This document shows positions 9,645 through 18,251 of a stretch of 64,000 nucleotides of DNA, in pieces. The notes below the pieces were generated by a model. That model worked only from the letters and a program-made list of their open reading frames with translations, was not told where the DNA came from and ran no database searches. Position 1 is the first letter of the stretch. The number at the start of each line of letters is the position of its first letter. Source of the stretch: a virus; IMG/VR virus record IMGVR_UViG_3300005529_000030, positions 8,597-72,596 of that record; one strand, given 5' to 3'. The position numbers and the translations under genes were made by a program.

Positions 9645-9971
9645 ATGAATCAAACCCCGTTATTAGCCGATGAACTTACGGCTGCTCAACGTGCTGCATT
9701 AGCATCGCTGATACAACATCCTGGATGGGCTGTTGTGGAAGAAATGCACATGGCTGCGTGTAGGAGAGCGACGGAAGATGTTTTAAAGCAAGACCCCGGA
9801 TTGGAGGGCGCGGAAAAGAAAATTGTCGCCCTTCAACTACGGGCTAGAGAACGAAATGAATTTTCTCTTTTAATTCTTGGCTCTGTTAATTGGCACGCGA
9901 AAGCGTTAGCCGTATTAGAGCAAGAGAAAGAGATAAAGATGGACAATCCAATAATAAAAGGACTCAAATAA
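9645..9971 (+). CDS. Small head-module protein between portal and scaffold
   Basis: AAGGA RBS; L.SLIQHPGW pattern; synteny. Confidence 0.6.
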   Translation: MNQTPLLADELTAAQRAALASLIQHPGWAVVEEMHMAACRRATEDVLKQDPGLEGAEKKIVALQLRARERNEFSLLILGSVNWHAKALAVLEQEKEIKMDNPIIKGLK

Positions 9972-11162
9972 ATGACAGAACAACTTGCTCTTGTCCCAGA
10001 GAATATAACTTGGGATATGGTGAACGCATGGGACGGAAAAACCATGCGAAAATATATGTCTATTCCTGAGTACAGAGACGCAATTACCAAAGTAGTTGCA
10101 TCTAGGTCGTATCAAGAAATTCAAGATTTGGCCGTTAAACAAGAGGAAACGGCATCAGAAGTGAATATTGAAAATTCGGATATTTCTACTAAAGATGCTT
10201 TGGCGGCTCCCGCAGCATTGGAAGATGCTGCTTCTAGTAAAACTACTACAGACTCAGCCCCAATTGCCGTGCCTGAACCTCCAAAAAAGATTATAGTGGA
10301 GTATCAGGTCAGAGATGAAGATGGAAATCCTATTGGTAGGCCCACGCACTTAGAAGCCTACACCGAAGAAGAAATGCGAAAAAAGATAATCGAGGCGCAT
10401 GTTCAGGCGACTCGCGCATTTCATCGTTTAAAGAAACAGAAAGTACAAAGCATTCAAGAAATATCTAAACAAGACGAACCGTCTTCTACTTCCCCTCGAA
10501 CTATGACTGACGAAGAGTTGATGGCCACGTTAAAAGATTTAAGGTCAGACGACCCTCAAATTCAATTGGCGGCCCATAAAAAGTTGATGCAATCTTATGA
10601 AGAAAAGGCCAAAGCAGAACGGGAAGCCAAGGAAGCCGAGCAGCGCGAATTTGAAAGGCAGAAGCAAGTAAGTATTGAGTTTTTGAAAAGACACAAACAC
10701 GATTTTAATAATTGTCAAGCCAACGTGGATTTAATAGGCGAGTATTTTAAGGAAAATAAACTTCCTTGGACGCTTGATAATTTGGAAGTAGCTTTTATAG
10801 CTCTTGAAGATAGGCTGGCACCTGTAGCGACGCCAGCGGTAGAGGTATTACCAGAGCCTAATCCGCCTGTTCCTCAACCAACAGCTACGACAACAGCGGC
10901 GGCGGTTGTGCAGCCGACACCGACTGTGCCTGTCGCTCCTCCGCAGCCAATTAATTCGGTTGCGGTTCCGAGACCAGGAGTCAATGGGGGTATTGTTCCG
11001 GGACAAACTTCAGCACCGCGCCCGTCGCAAAAACCTCAAGGACTAACGATGGAAGAAATCCTTTCTTGGGATGCTCAAACCATGCGAGCGAAAATGCGTT
11101 CGCCGCTACGTGCAGAAATAGAGCGCGTAACAATGGAAGCGCGACTAAGAAGAGGACGGTAA
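9972..11162 (+). CDS. Putative capsid scaffolding protein
   Basis: Coiled-coil and Pro-rich; directly upstream of the major capsid exon 1. Confidence 0.65.
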   Translation: MTEQLALVPENITWDMVNAWDGKTMRKYMSIPEYRDAITKVVASRSYQEIQDLAVKQEETASEVNIENSDISTKDALAAPAALEDAASSKTTTDSAPIAVPEPPKKIIVEYQVRDEDGNPIGRPTHLEAYTEEEMRKKIIEAHVQATRAFHRLKKQKVQSIQEISKQDEPSSTSPRTMTDEELMATLKDLRSDDPQIQLAAHKKLMQSYEEKAKAEREAKEAEQREFERQKQVSIEFLKRHKHDFNNCQANVDLIGEYFKENKLPWTLDNLEVAFIALEDRLAPVATPAVEVLPEPNPPVPQPTATTTAAAVVQPTPTVPVAPPQPINSVAVPRPGVNGGIVPGQTSAPRPSQKPQGLTMEEILSWDAQTMRAKMRSPLRAEIERVTMEARLRRGR

Positions 11163-11207
11163 TCCTAAGCGGCGCGTAACGCCGACTATAGCACGAGGGA
11201 ACTTCAC

Positions 11208-14200
11208 ATGGCTGGAGGCCCAAACCCGGCAATTGCTAATGTCGGGAATATATTAACGGCTCAAAGCATCCTCAAGTAAGGGGCTGTTTCGAGGGAAACA
11301 GAAATCTTCTCTGATTGACTTGGAACCTGAAATGGCGACAAGGCGGAAGCGCAAGCACCGTGAGAGACTAAGCGAGAAGACACCTAAAAGGTGATACGAT
11401 AGTCCGTTCTAATAGGAAAGAAAACTGTTAGGGAAAAACGCTTTGATAAGGAGCTAATCCCGAACTTATTTTTATAGAGTGAAATGCCGAAATTTGATAA
11501 TCTTACTGGAGTGAAATTCGGACGCCTGACGGTTATAAGCAGAGCACCAGACGCCGTTTCTAAATCTGGTTTCGTATATACAAGATGGAATTGTTTGTGC
11601 GATTGCGGAAAAGAGAAAACGATATATGCTGGTTCTTTAAAAAGAGGAGTAACCGTTTCTTGCGGTTGCCAACTTAAACAAGTTTGGCGACGAATAGGTC
11701 TTTCCAGTATCAAACACGGCGGCAGTTCAAAAGATGCGTCGGTAGATAAAAAAATACAATTTCAAATTTTACAACATATCCGTCAGCGAGCCAGAGCCAA
11801 CGGATATGAAACTGATTTAGAATTATCGGATATACCTGAAGTTCCTGATGTTTGTCCGGTTCTCGGAATTAAACTTAAAAAAGGAAAAGGTCCTCTATCT
11901 GATTTTTCTGTATCTATTGATAAAATCAATCCTAATTTACCGTATCTTAAAAAATACAAAAATAATTTGCGATTGATTTCATATAGAGCTAATCGTATTA
12001 AAAACGACGCTACTATTGATGAATTGGAAAAAATCATTCTATATATAAAAATGAGCCGCTCTGAAGAGAGCGAGAATCTTCTCTGATTGACTTGAAACCT
12101 GAAATGGCAACAAGGCGGAAACCGAAAAGGTGCCGTGAGAGACTAAGCGAGAAGACGCCGAAACGGCGATGCGATAGTCCGCTCTAACAAGAATAAAATT
12201 GTTAGTTAACAACAGGAAAGGGAGAAACGGATGCATTTGTTGTTGCCGCCGAGCGTCGTGTTCAACCGAATAACACTGGTATTAACCGCCAGTTTTTTCA
12301 GTACAATACGCTTGTAGGTGACACAACCCAAGCTGGTGATGGTGTTATCGGAGCACCAGAGTTCATTGGTCAGATTTCATCTCCGGCTCAACTGGGCGAA
12401 TGGAATAACTATACCAACTTTAGCGCGTTTGTTGTTGCGAGCGCACTAGATGATTTGGTTGGAAACAGCGCAGTTGAACTTGGGTAAAACTTGATGCCCA
12501 AGTAAAATCACGTTATATCAGATTAGGTCTTTTTCTAAAAAGATGAGTCTGAGACATTGTATATTGCCTTAAGGCAGAAGAGGAACTAGAAGTGCAAAGA
12601 AAATCTTGGCCGTATGTGGCCGGAATATTGGATGCCGAAGGAACTATTGTTATTGGCGAAACAAACGGTGGTTTTTATTCTAAAATAAAAATTTCCAACA
12701 CCAACAAAAAGTTAATGAAGTGGTTGGTTCAAAATTTTGGAAATGTTTTTTATAAAAACCTAAATTCAAGAAGTAATAGAAGTGTTTTATATGAATGGAA
12801 TTGTTTAGCCAATCAACAAGAGGCTTTTCTTTTAGGCGTTTTGCCGTTTTTATTGGTTAAGAAACCTCAAGCTTTGACTTTGCTTGAGTTCAGAAGAACC
12901 GAATCGTTGGAAGAAAAAAAGAAGTTGTGCGACAGAATAAAACAGCAGAATCAGCGTCTTATTGAGAATAAAACTTCTTTTATTAATTCTCATAACAAAG
13001 ACCGTTTTAAATATGCTGCCGGATATATGGATGGAGACGGTGGTTTTTATTTCGGAGATTCGAGCCATACAAGAATATATCTAACGAGCATAGATTTTAT
13101 AATTATAAAATGGTTTTTAGCTAATTTTGGCGGTAAATTCTATAAATACAATTCTTCTAATGAAAATCATTCTGACTACTTTAGGTGGGTTCTTAGCGGA
13201 CGGAAAAATAAAAAGTTGTTTTTGCTTGGAACTATCCCGTACATGATTTTGAAGAGGGAGCAAGCAAAAAATCTTTTACAAATTATAGATTCTAGTTCTG
13301 TTCAAACGACTAATACACGTGAGATTTCCTCGTCGGAAATCAAGAAAGAGTCTTAACTTATTGGTGACAATAAGAGCTTAATTTCTGTGAAGAAAATTAA
13401 CTAAAAACATTTAATCAGGCTGGCCAAAGCATCTCTCAGTTATACGCTGCCGTTGCAGACAGCGCAGCAACTGTAGATTCTCAGGTAAACCAAAGCAGCT
13501 TGTTAACCTCTCCATTTGTTTTGGATTTGGCTACGTTACGTGAATTGAAACAGCAGTTAGTTTCAAAGAACGTACTACCAAACCGAAATGGAAGGTTCGC
13601 AGGAGTTATTTCGCCTAACGTTTTGGGCGATATTTTCAACTCGACCACAGTGAACAACTCCATCAACTAAGGTGGACATTTAACGAAAGTTAAATTGAAT
13701 AAATCAGTTCTAATTGACTCGAACCCTGGGATGGGAACGAGGGCCAAGCGAGACGACGCAGGCTGAGAGAACAAACGAACTGACTCCCAATAGGGAGATG
13801 CAATGTTCCGTTCTTGTGAGAATCATTCTTTTGATTGGAGAAAAATTCGGTCGTTTACTAGTTATCAAAAAAGCGTTTTCCAAACATGGACGCTCTCGTT
13901 GGATTTGTCAGTGCGATTGTGGTAAAACTTATAACGTTTTAGGTCACAACCTTCGCAAGGGAAAAACTAAAAGTTGTGGATGCTTGCGAAAAGAGTCGGC
14001 ACGTAATTTAATCAGTTTCGCCAAGGAAAAAAACTTTTTAAGTCCTGGCGAAGCGGCCTTTAACGTTATGTATTATACGTACAAACAGCACGCAAATGAA
14101 CGAGGATTGGATTTTAGTTTGGAAAAAGATAGTTTTCGGCATTTAACACAAATGAATTGTTATTATTGCGGAGACGAGCCGAAGGATTTTTTCAAGCCTA

Positions 14201-14816
14201 AAGCTCCTAATGGCGGATACCTAAGTAACGGAATAGACCGAAAAGATAACGCGATGGGATATACAATTGAAAATTGTGTTCCATGTTGTCGAATCTGCAA
14301 TCAAATGAAAAGTAATAAATCATACGAAGATTTTATTACTCGTTGTTGGAAAATCACAAGAGGCCACAAGCCCTCTACTTTGGTAGAGTAACAACAAGCG
14401 TTGACCTGTGGAAATATGCAAATATGGATAAGTTCGATAAAATCGCTGGCGCAGACCAGAAGATGGACATCGAACTTCCCGGCACTTCTATCGTATTACG
14501 ACAGACGCCTTTCGTAACTACGACGCCTAATTATTCTGGAACGACAAGCACCGCATATCGTACCTATATCTTCGGACAGTACGCAATGATTGGTGTTTGG
14601 CAGAATGTACCAGGCGATACCGATTTGGGAGACGGAGATTGGCGCACTATTGACTGCAAGGTAGTTGAGAATGCACCAGCGTCTGCGTTTGACCCGGTTG
14701 GTACAATCGGAAGCTGGTGTTCTTATAGATTCCACCAGACGGTAACTCTACCGCCTGCTCGTGGGGCAAACACTCAGCGCCTTCGCTTCATAGATAGCGT
14801 ACCTGCTATTCAGTAG
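11208..14816 (+). CDS. Major capsid protein (N4 gp56-like), spliced from exons 11208-11272, 11441-11467, 12217-12485, 13414-13663 and 14399-14816; 342 aa
   Basis: Exons sum to 1029 nt in one open frame: MAGGPNPAIANVGNILTAQSIL/FDKELIPNL/KGETDAF...AVELG/YQAGQSIS...VISPNVLGDI...NNSI/VDLWKYA...DPVGTIGSWCSYRF...PAIQ*; GAGGG RBS; follows the scaffold gene. Confidence 0.88.
11273..11440 (+). ncRNA. Group I intron 1 of the capsid gene (168 nt, no ORF)
   Basis: P1 with U.G (CCU^C/GGGG), P2 CTGTTTC/GAAACAG, P3 TCTTCTC/GAGAAGA, P7 GAGACTA/TAGTCC, P9.0 GTT/AAC, terminal G11440. Confidence 0.88.
11468..12216 (+). ncRNA. Group I intron 2 of the capsid gene, with an HNH ORF 5' of the core
   Basis: P1 ACUU^/GAGU; core 12075-12186 nearly identical to intron 1; P7 GAGACTA/TAGTCC; terminal G12216. 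Confidence 0.88.
11484..12086 (+). CDS. Intron-encoded HNH-type homing endonuclease
   Basis: KFGRLTV..WNCLCDCG..SCGC N-terminal domain; CPVLG..SIDKINP..N.RLISYRANRIKN. Confidence 0.8.
   Translation: MPKFDNLTGVKFGRLTVISRAPDAVSKSGFVYTRWNCLCDCGKEKTIYAGSLKRGVTVSCGCQLKQVWRRIGLSSIKHGGSSKDASVDKKIQFQILQHIRQRARANGYETDLELSDIPEVPDVCPVLGIKLKKGKGPLSDFSVSIDKINPNLPYLKKYKNNLRLISYRANRIKNDATIDELEKIILYIKMSRSEESENLL
12486..13413 (+). ncRNA. Group I intron 3 of the capsid gene, with a LAGLIDADG ORF; terminal nucleotide is A
   Basis: IGS CUUGAUGCCC pairs 10/10 with ligated exons GGGU|AUCAGG; P3 TCACGT/ACGTGA; P7 ACGACTA/GAGTCT; P8 GATTTCC/GGAAATC; P9 with GTGA tetraloop. Confidence 0.85.
12592..13356 (+). CDS. 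Intron-encoded double-motif LAGLIDADG homing endonuclease
   Basis: YVAGILDAEG and YAAGYMDGDG motifs; two repeated halves. Confidence 0.9.
   Translation: MQRKSWPYVAGILDAEGTIVIGETNGGFYSKIKISNTNKKLMKWLVQNFGNVFYKNLNSRSNRSVLYEWNCLANQQEAFLLGVLPFLLVKKPQALTLLEFRRTESLEEKKKLCDRIKQQNQRLIENKTSFINSHNKDRFKYAAGYMDGDGGFYFGDSSHTRIYLTSIDFIIIKWFLANFGGKFYKYNSSNENHSDYFRWVLSGRKNKKLFLLGTIPYMILKREQAKNLLQIIDSSSVQTTNTREISSSEIKKES
13664..14398 (+). ncRNA. Group I intron 4 of the capsid gene, with an HNH ORF in P9
   Basis: P1 UCCAU^/GUGGA; P3 TCAGTTC/GAACTGA; P7 GAGAACA/TGTTCC; P8 CTCCC/GGGAG; terminal G14398. Confidence 0.85.
13798..14391 (+). CDS. Intron-encoded HNH homing endonuclease (start uncertain, 13798-13831)
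   Basis: KFGRLLV..WICQCDCG..SCGC; CYYCG..NGIDRKDN..GY..ENCVPCC..CN.MK. Confidence 0.85.
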   Translation: MQCSVLVRIILLIGEKFGRLLVIKKAFSKHGRSRWICQCDCGKTYNVLGHNLRKGKTKSCGCLRKESARNLISFAKEKNFLSPGEAAFNVMYYTYKQHANERGLDFSLEKDSFRHLTQMNCYYCGDEPKDFFKPKAPNGGYLSNGIDRKDNAMGYTIENCVPCCRICNQMKSNKSYEDFITRCWKITRGHKPSTLVE

Positions 14817-14842
14817 TAACTTCTTTTTTTTCAATAACTTAC

Positions 14843-14912
14843 AGACGAGTTAGTTACTCGTCTTAGTCGAGGGGCGCTCTTATGACGCGCTCCTCGGCGT
14901 TTTTCATAGGGA
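14843..14912 (+). promoter_or_regulatory. Twin hairpins after the capsid gene; second loop can pair with the RBS of the downstream endonuclease
   Basis: AGACGAGT/ACTCGTCT; GTCGAGGGGCGC/GCGCTCCTCGGC followed by GTTTTT; loop TCTTATGA is complementary to TCATAGGG (14904-14911). Confidence 0.55.
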
Positions 14913-14918
14913 ATAATA

Positions 14919-15377
14919 ATGCAATTACCCGATTCTCTTAGTTTAGCTGGGTTAAAGCCGGGAACCAAGGAATATGCTCGAATGACGGGTCGTAGATATT
15001 ACTATCGTCACCGTGACAAGGAAAAGGCCCGCACTAAAATTTGGCGATTGTCTAATCCCGATAAATATAAAAAATGGGTTGAGAAAAACAGAATTAAATT
15101 AATACAAGCGGCTCGGCGACATGACCATCAAGTTACCTCTGAATGGTTTGAATTAAAATTGAAACAACAAAACGGTCGGTGTGCCATTTGTAATAAAATT
15201 CCAAAAAGATTTGATATAGACCACAACCATTCCTGTTGTCAAGGAAGGAAAAGTTGTCATAAATGTAATCGTGGTTTGCTATGTCGAAGTTGTAATACTT
15301 TTATAGGGTTGGCAAAAGAATCTACAGATTTTCTTTTGTCCGCTATTAATTATCTACAACAGTATAATAAGGATTGA
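14919..15377 (+). CDS. Free-standing endonuclease VII-family HNH endonuclease
   Basis: QNGRCAIC...IDHNH...RGLLCRSCN..IG. Confidence 0.85.
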   Translation: MQLPDSLSLAGLKPGTKEYARMTGRRYYYRHRDKEKARTKIWRLSNPDKYKKWVEKNRIKLIQAARRHDHQVTSEWFELKLKQQNGRCAICNKIPKRFDIDHNHSCCQGRKSCHKCNRGLLCRSCNTFIGLAKESTDFLLSAINYLQQYNKD

Positions 15378-15378
15378 T

Positions 15379-16014
15379 ATGGCTTATATAAAGCCCCCAC
15401 TGCAAAATTTGCCTAATCCTTGGGAAGGAAGGCACGATTTCAAGGTCACGCGAGAAACAATAAGAAAACTTCTCGCGGGCGGCACCCCCAATTGGGTGAA
15501 GTGGCCGAAAGACTATAGAGCAATGGCTCAGGAGGCGTACTTAGCTGATAAAGAAGTATCAGATAAGATGATGTCTCAGTTCAAGATGGAAGACCAAGAG
15601 CTTCTGTTGAATGAACAGGCGCGTAAGGTCAATCCAATACGTACTAGAGATTTCATTGATAAGTTACGCAGAAACGGAGTCAAGTGCTACACCATTGATA
15701 ACGGCTTCCCACCGTCAACAGTGGCACTATGGGCTTTCAAACCAGGAACTGATTGTGTCGTACCAGTGTGCTATCTCCAAGTGCCCGCCATGTACGAATG
15801 GTCAGTCCTGCGACTCGACAAACGCGGATTGCCTAATGGAGAGGCATTTCGCGGTTGGCGAACAGTCGAATCCGAACTTATCAAGAAAGGAATCATCTCG
15901 GAAGAAAAAGCTAACGAGATTTTTGGTAGGGTGGTTGATGGAGAAGTCAGCCATAGATTCCGAAGAACTATGTACTATTTTCGTAATAGGCGAGAATTAG
16001 CATACAGTTCTTAA
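15379..16014 (+). CDS. Hypothetical protein (head/tail module)
   Basis: AAGGA RBS; 211 aa. Confidence 0.65.
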   Translation: MAYIKPPLQNLPNPWEGRHDFKVTRETIRKLLAGGTPNWVKWPKDYRAMAQEAYLADKEVSDKMMSQFKMEDQELLLNEQARKVNPIRTRDFIDKLRRNGVKCYTIDNGFPPSTVALWAFKPGTDCVVPVCYLQVPAMYEWSVLRLDKRGLPNGEAFRGWRTVESELIKKGIISEEKANEIFGRVVDGEVSHRFRRTMYYFRNRRELAYSS

Positions 16015-16060
16015 AGGTCCGTGACCTATATTTTTGGGCCGTGCCCAAGAGGAAAAATCA

Positions 16061-16591
16061 ATGAGTGATAATCAAAATAAAGCCCCTCAATCACCCGACA
16101 AGGCAGTATCGTCGGATTTGCTTCAAAGTCTTGTTCAGCTTCTTCTAGAGGAACGACGCGAAGCATTAGAAAGAAGAGAGGAGGCCAAAAAAGCGTTTGA
16201 GGCTAGGCGAAAGCAAAGGGAAATAAACGCCGCGCAGAACTTAGCCGATTTAAATCGCATACAATCAATTTGTAGTCATAGAAAAGGCGGAAAAGGGCTA
16301 AAAGGACCTAAAGTAGATTATGCCGTCTCATTCCATACTTTTATCAATGGCGAGAGTTACATTCGTTGTCTGATTTGTGGTATGAAGTGGAAGAACCGAG
16401 ACACCCAAGAGTTTTTGTATCGTCGCGGTAAGAAGATTCCTAATCATACGGGAATGGGTTGGCGCGAGGCATATAACATGGTTCTAGATAGTTCTAACAC
16501 CGCAACATCATCTGAAGTACAATTGACAGCAACAACGGAACCTTATGAAATTCCAGATTTTGAAAAGAGTCCGCATGCGGTTGAAATCTAA
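16061..16591 (+). CDS. Hypothetical coiled-coil protein with a putative Zn site
   Basis: GAGGA RBS; CSH...CLIC. Confidence 0.6.
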   Translation: MSDNQNKAPQSPDKAVSSDLLQSLVQLLLEERREALERREEAKKAFEARRKQREINAAQNLADLNRIQSICSHRKGGKGLKGPKVDYAVSFHTFINGESYIRCLICGMKWKNRDTQEFLYRRGKKIPNHTGMGWREAYNMVLDSSNTATSSEVQLTATTEPYEIPDFEKSPHAVEI

Positions 16592-16594
16592 AAC

Positions 16595-16626
16595 ATGGGG
16601 GCTGATTTACGTCAGCCCCATATTTC
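16595..16626 (+). terminator. Putative intrinsic terminator
   Basis: ATGGGGGCTGA-TTTACG-TCAGCCCCAT followed by ATTT. Confidence 0.45.
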
Positions 16627-16657
16627 ACAGATAAATTTTAAGTCGAGTTGGCTAAAA

Positions 16658-17176
16658 ATGGAAATTACGGATTTGGAAAAAAGAGTGGCTCTTTTAGAGC
16701 AGAAAGTAAAGAGCTATGAAAAAGATTCTCGTCGCGGTTTGGCAGGTCCTATTGGACCTCGCGGACCTCAGGGACCTCAGGGACCTCAAGGCGAGCGAGG
16801 AATCCAAGGAGATAAAGGCGACACAGGTCCGCAAGGTCCGCAAGGTCCGAAAGGTGACACAGGTCCGCAAGGTCCGAAAGGCGACACAGGTCCGCAAGGT
16901 CCGCAAGGTCCGAAAGGCGATAAAGGCGATAGAGGCGACATAGGTCCGCAAGGTCCGAAAGGCGACATAGGTCCACAAGGTCCGAAAGGCGATAAAGGCG
17001 ATAGAGGCGACATAGGTCCACAAGGTCCGAAAGGCGATAAGGGAGAACCAGGAAGGGACGGCAAAGACGGACTTTCGGGGCCGAGAGGGCCAGCGGGAAA
17101 CATTGAAGCCGCAGTTCAGGCGGCGATTGATGCCGTTATGAAACTTTTGAAAGAAAAAGGGTTGATAAATGGCTAA
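16658..17176 (+). CDS. Collagen-like fibre protein
   Basis: About 40 consecutive Gly-X-Y triplets ([12 protein letters not shown]). Confidence 0.85.
   Translation: MEITDLEKRVALLEQKVKSYEKDSRRGLAGPIGPRGPQGPQGPQGERGIQGDKGDTGPQGPQGPKGDTGPQGPKGDTGPQGPQGPKGDKGDRGDIGPQGPKGDIGPQGPKGDKGDRGDIGPQGPKGDKGEPGRDGKDGLSGPRGPAGNIEAAVQAAIDAVMKLLKEKGLING
16755..17040 (+). repeat. Tandem 9-nt-unit repeats encoding collagen triplets
   Basis: GGACCTCAG, GGTCCGCAA and GGTCCGAAAGGCGAC repeats. Confidence 0.9.
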
Positions 17177-18248
17177 TTCTCAGAGCACGTTGACGCTACA
17201 ACAGATGTTGGATAAAATTTTGCCGCTAGGTGATATAAAACCAGTTTTGGCGGATGTTGCTGCGTATCAACTAGAACCATTTGTTACAATTTGTTCTGAC
17301 GTATACGCAGAAATAGTAGGATTGCCGTTTCCTCATAAATGGAATGAAATAAAACTTCCTCAGTTTTATACAAACAGTTTTCAGCAAGATTATGCTCTTG
17401 TTAATTTAGACGGTTCTAGCGTATATAATATTGAATGGCTCGCTCAAGGAATAGCCGTAGAAATTAGTTCTTCCGCTCAACCGAAACCGTGGGGATATGT
17501 GGAATGTGGAAGAAGCCAAAGCCAAGCAACTGGAAGTTTATTACAGCCGATGAATTGGTCTTGGCCAACGTTTACTGCTAATTTACTTTATAACTATATG
17601 CAGTATTATGGAACTTGGGGTGCGGCGAACACCGGAAATAAAACTTTTGGAAACAACCCAGGTCCAAACTCTGTTTATACGTCGCCGCTTGCTGGAACAA
17701 CGCAACAAGCCAATCCAATAACTCAAATCCAAGATACAAATGGAAATTTTCAGGTAGTTACTGTATATGGAACATGTGGAAGTACTCAACCTATTTGGCC
17801 AGCACCTAACGCTGCGCCAGGAACGCAAACTGTTGATGGAACTACTGTTTGGACAGTTGTTGACCCGAACGGCCTCGGTGTAAGGATTTTGCCAGTTCCA
17901 TCTCAGACGGGCGTAGTGTTTCAGTTTAATTTAATCGGCCAGAAGCCAGCAATTCAGTTTACAAGTCTCGACCAAACATTCGACCCATTTCCCGACAAAT
18001 ACCAAAGTTATTTGAGGCAGGGAATTATTGCTCAGTGTTATAGATACAGCAGCGACCCTAAGGTTCAGGCTAAGTTTGAAAAAAATTATCAACTTTGGCA
18101 AAAGAGTTTATTAGACCTTAGAGAACTTGAAGACCGAGAACTCGAAGAGTATAGATTTGTTCCCGAAAGAACTATATTTGGCGCTGGAACAACTGGTCGA
18201 GTAAGTTATGTAGGTCCGGCGTATCCGTTCAATTATCCGTGGAGATAA
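17169..18248 (+). CDS. Putative head-tail adaptor protein with an inserted beta-module
   Basis: Synteny; P.W...GT.TVDGT.VWT insert. Confidence 0.55.
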   Translation: MANSQSTLTLQQMLDKILPLGDIKPVLADVAAYQLEPFVTICSDVYAEIVGLPFPHKWNEIKLPQFYTNSFQQDYALVNLDGSSVYNIEWLAQGIAVEISSSAQPKPWGYVECGRSQSQATGSLLQPMNWSWPTFTANLLYNYMQYYGTWGAANTGNKTFGNNPGPNSVYTSPLAGTTQQANPITQIQDTNGNFQVVTVYGTCGSTQPIWPAPNAAPGTQTVDGTTVWTVVDPNGLGVRILPVPSQTGVVFQFNLIGQKPAIQFTSLDQTFDPFPDKYQSYLRQGIIAQCYRYSSDPKVQAKFEKNYQLWQKSLLDLRELEDRELEEYRFVPERTIFGAGTTGRVSYVGPAYPFNYPWR

Positions 18249-18251
18249 ACA

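Noticed and set aside
11303-12186. About 110-bp repeat pair as IS ends, att sites or a DGR template/variable pair
   Set aside because: Explained as two group I cores; differences are compensatory rather than adenine-specific, and no reverse transcriptase is present
11277-13670. Stop-codon reassignment to explain the broken capsid gene
   Set aside because: Other genes end normally at TAA, TAG and TGA; the stops lie inside introns
14343-14816. 157-aa stand-alone ORF from the track
   Set aside because: It is capsid exon 5 plus intron sequence; the TTG start lies inside the HNH gene
16755-17040. Tandem repeats as a possible CRISPR array
   Set aside because: Units are multiples of 9 nt, in frame, with no unique spacers
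16694-17103. Several repetitive ORFs in alternative frames and strands (LRTLRT, DLADL, KVRKVR, GPCGP)
   Set aside because: Shadows of the collagen Gly-X-Y repeat; no independent RBS or function
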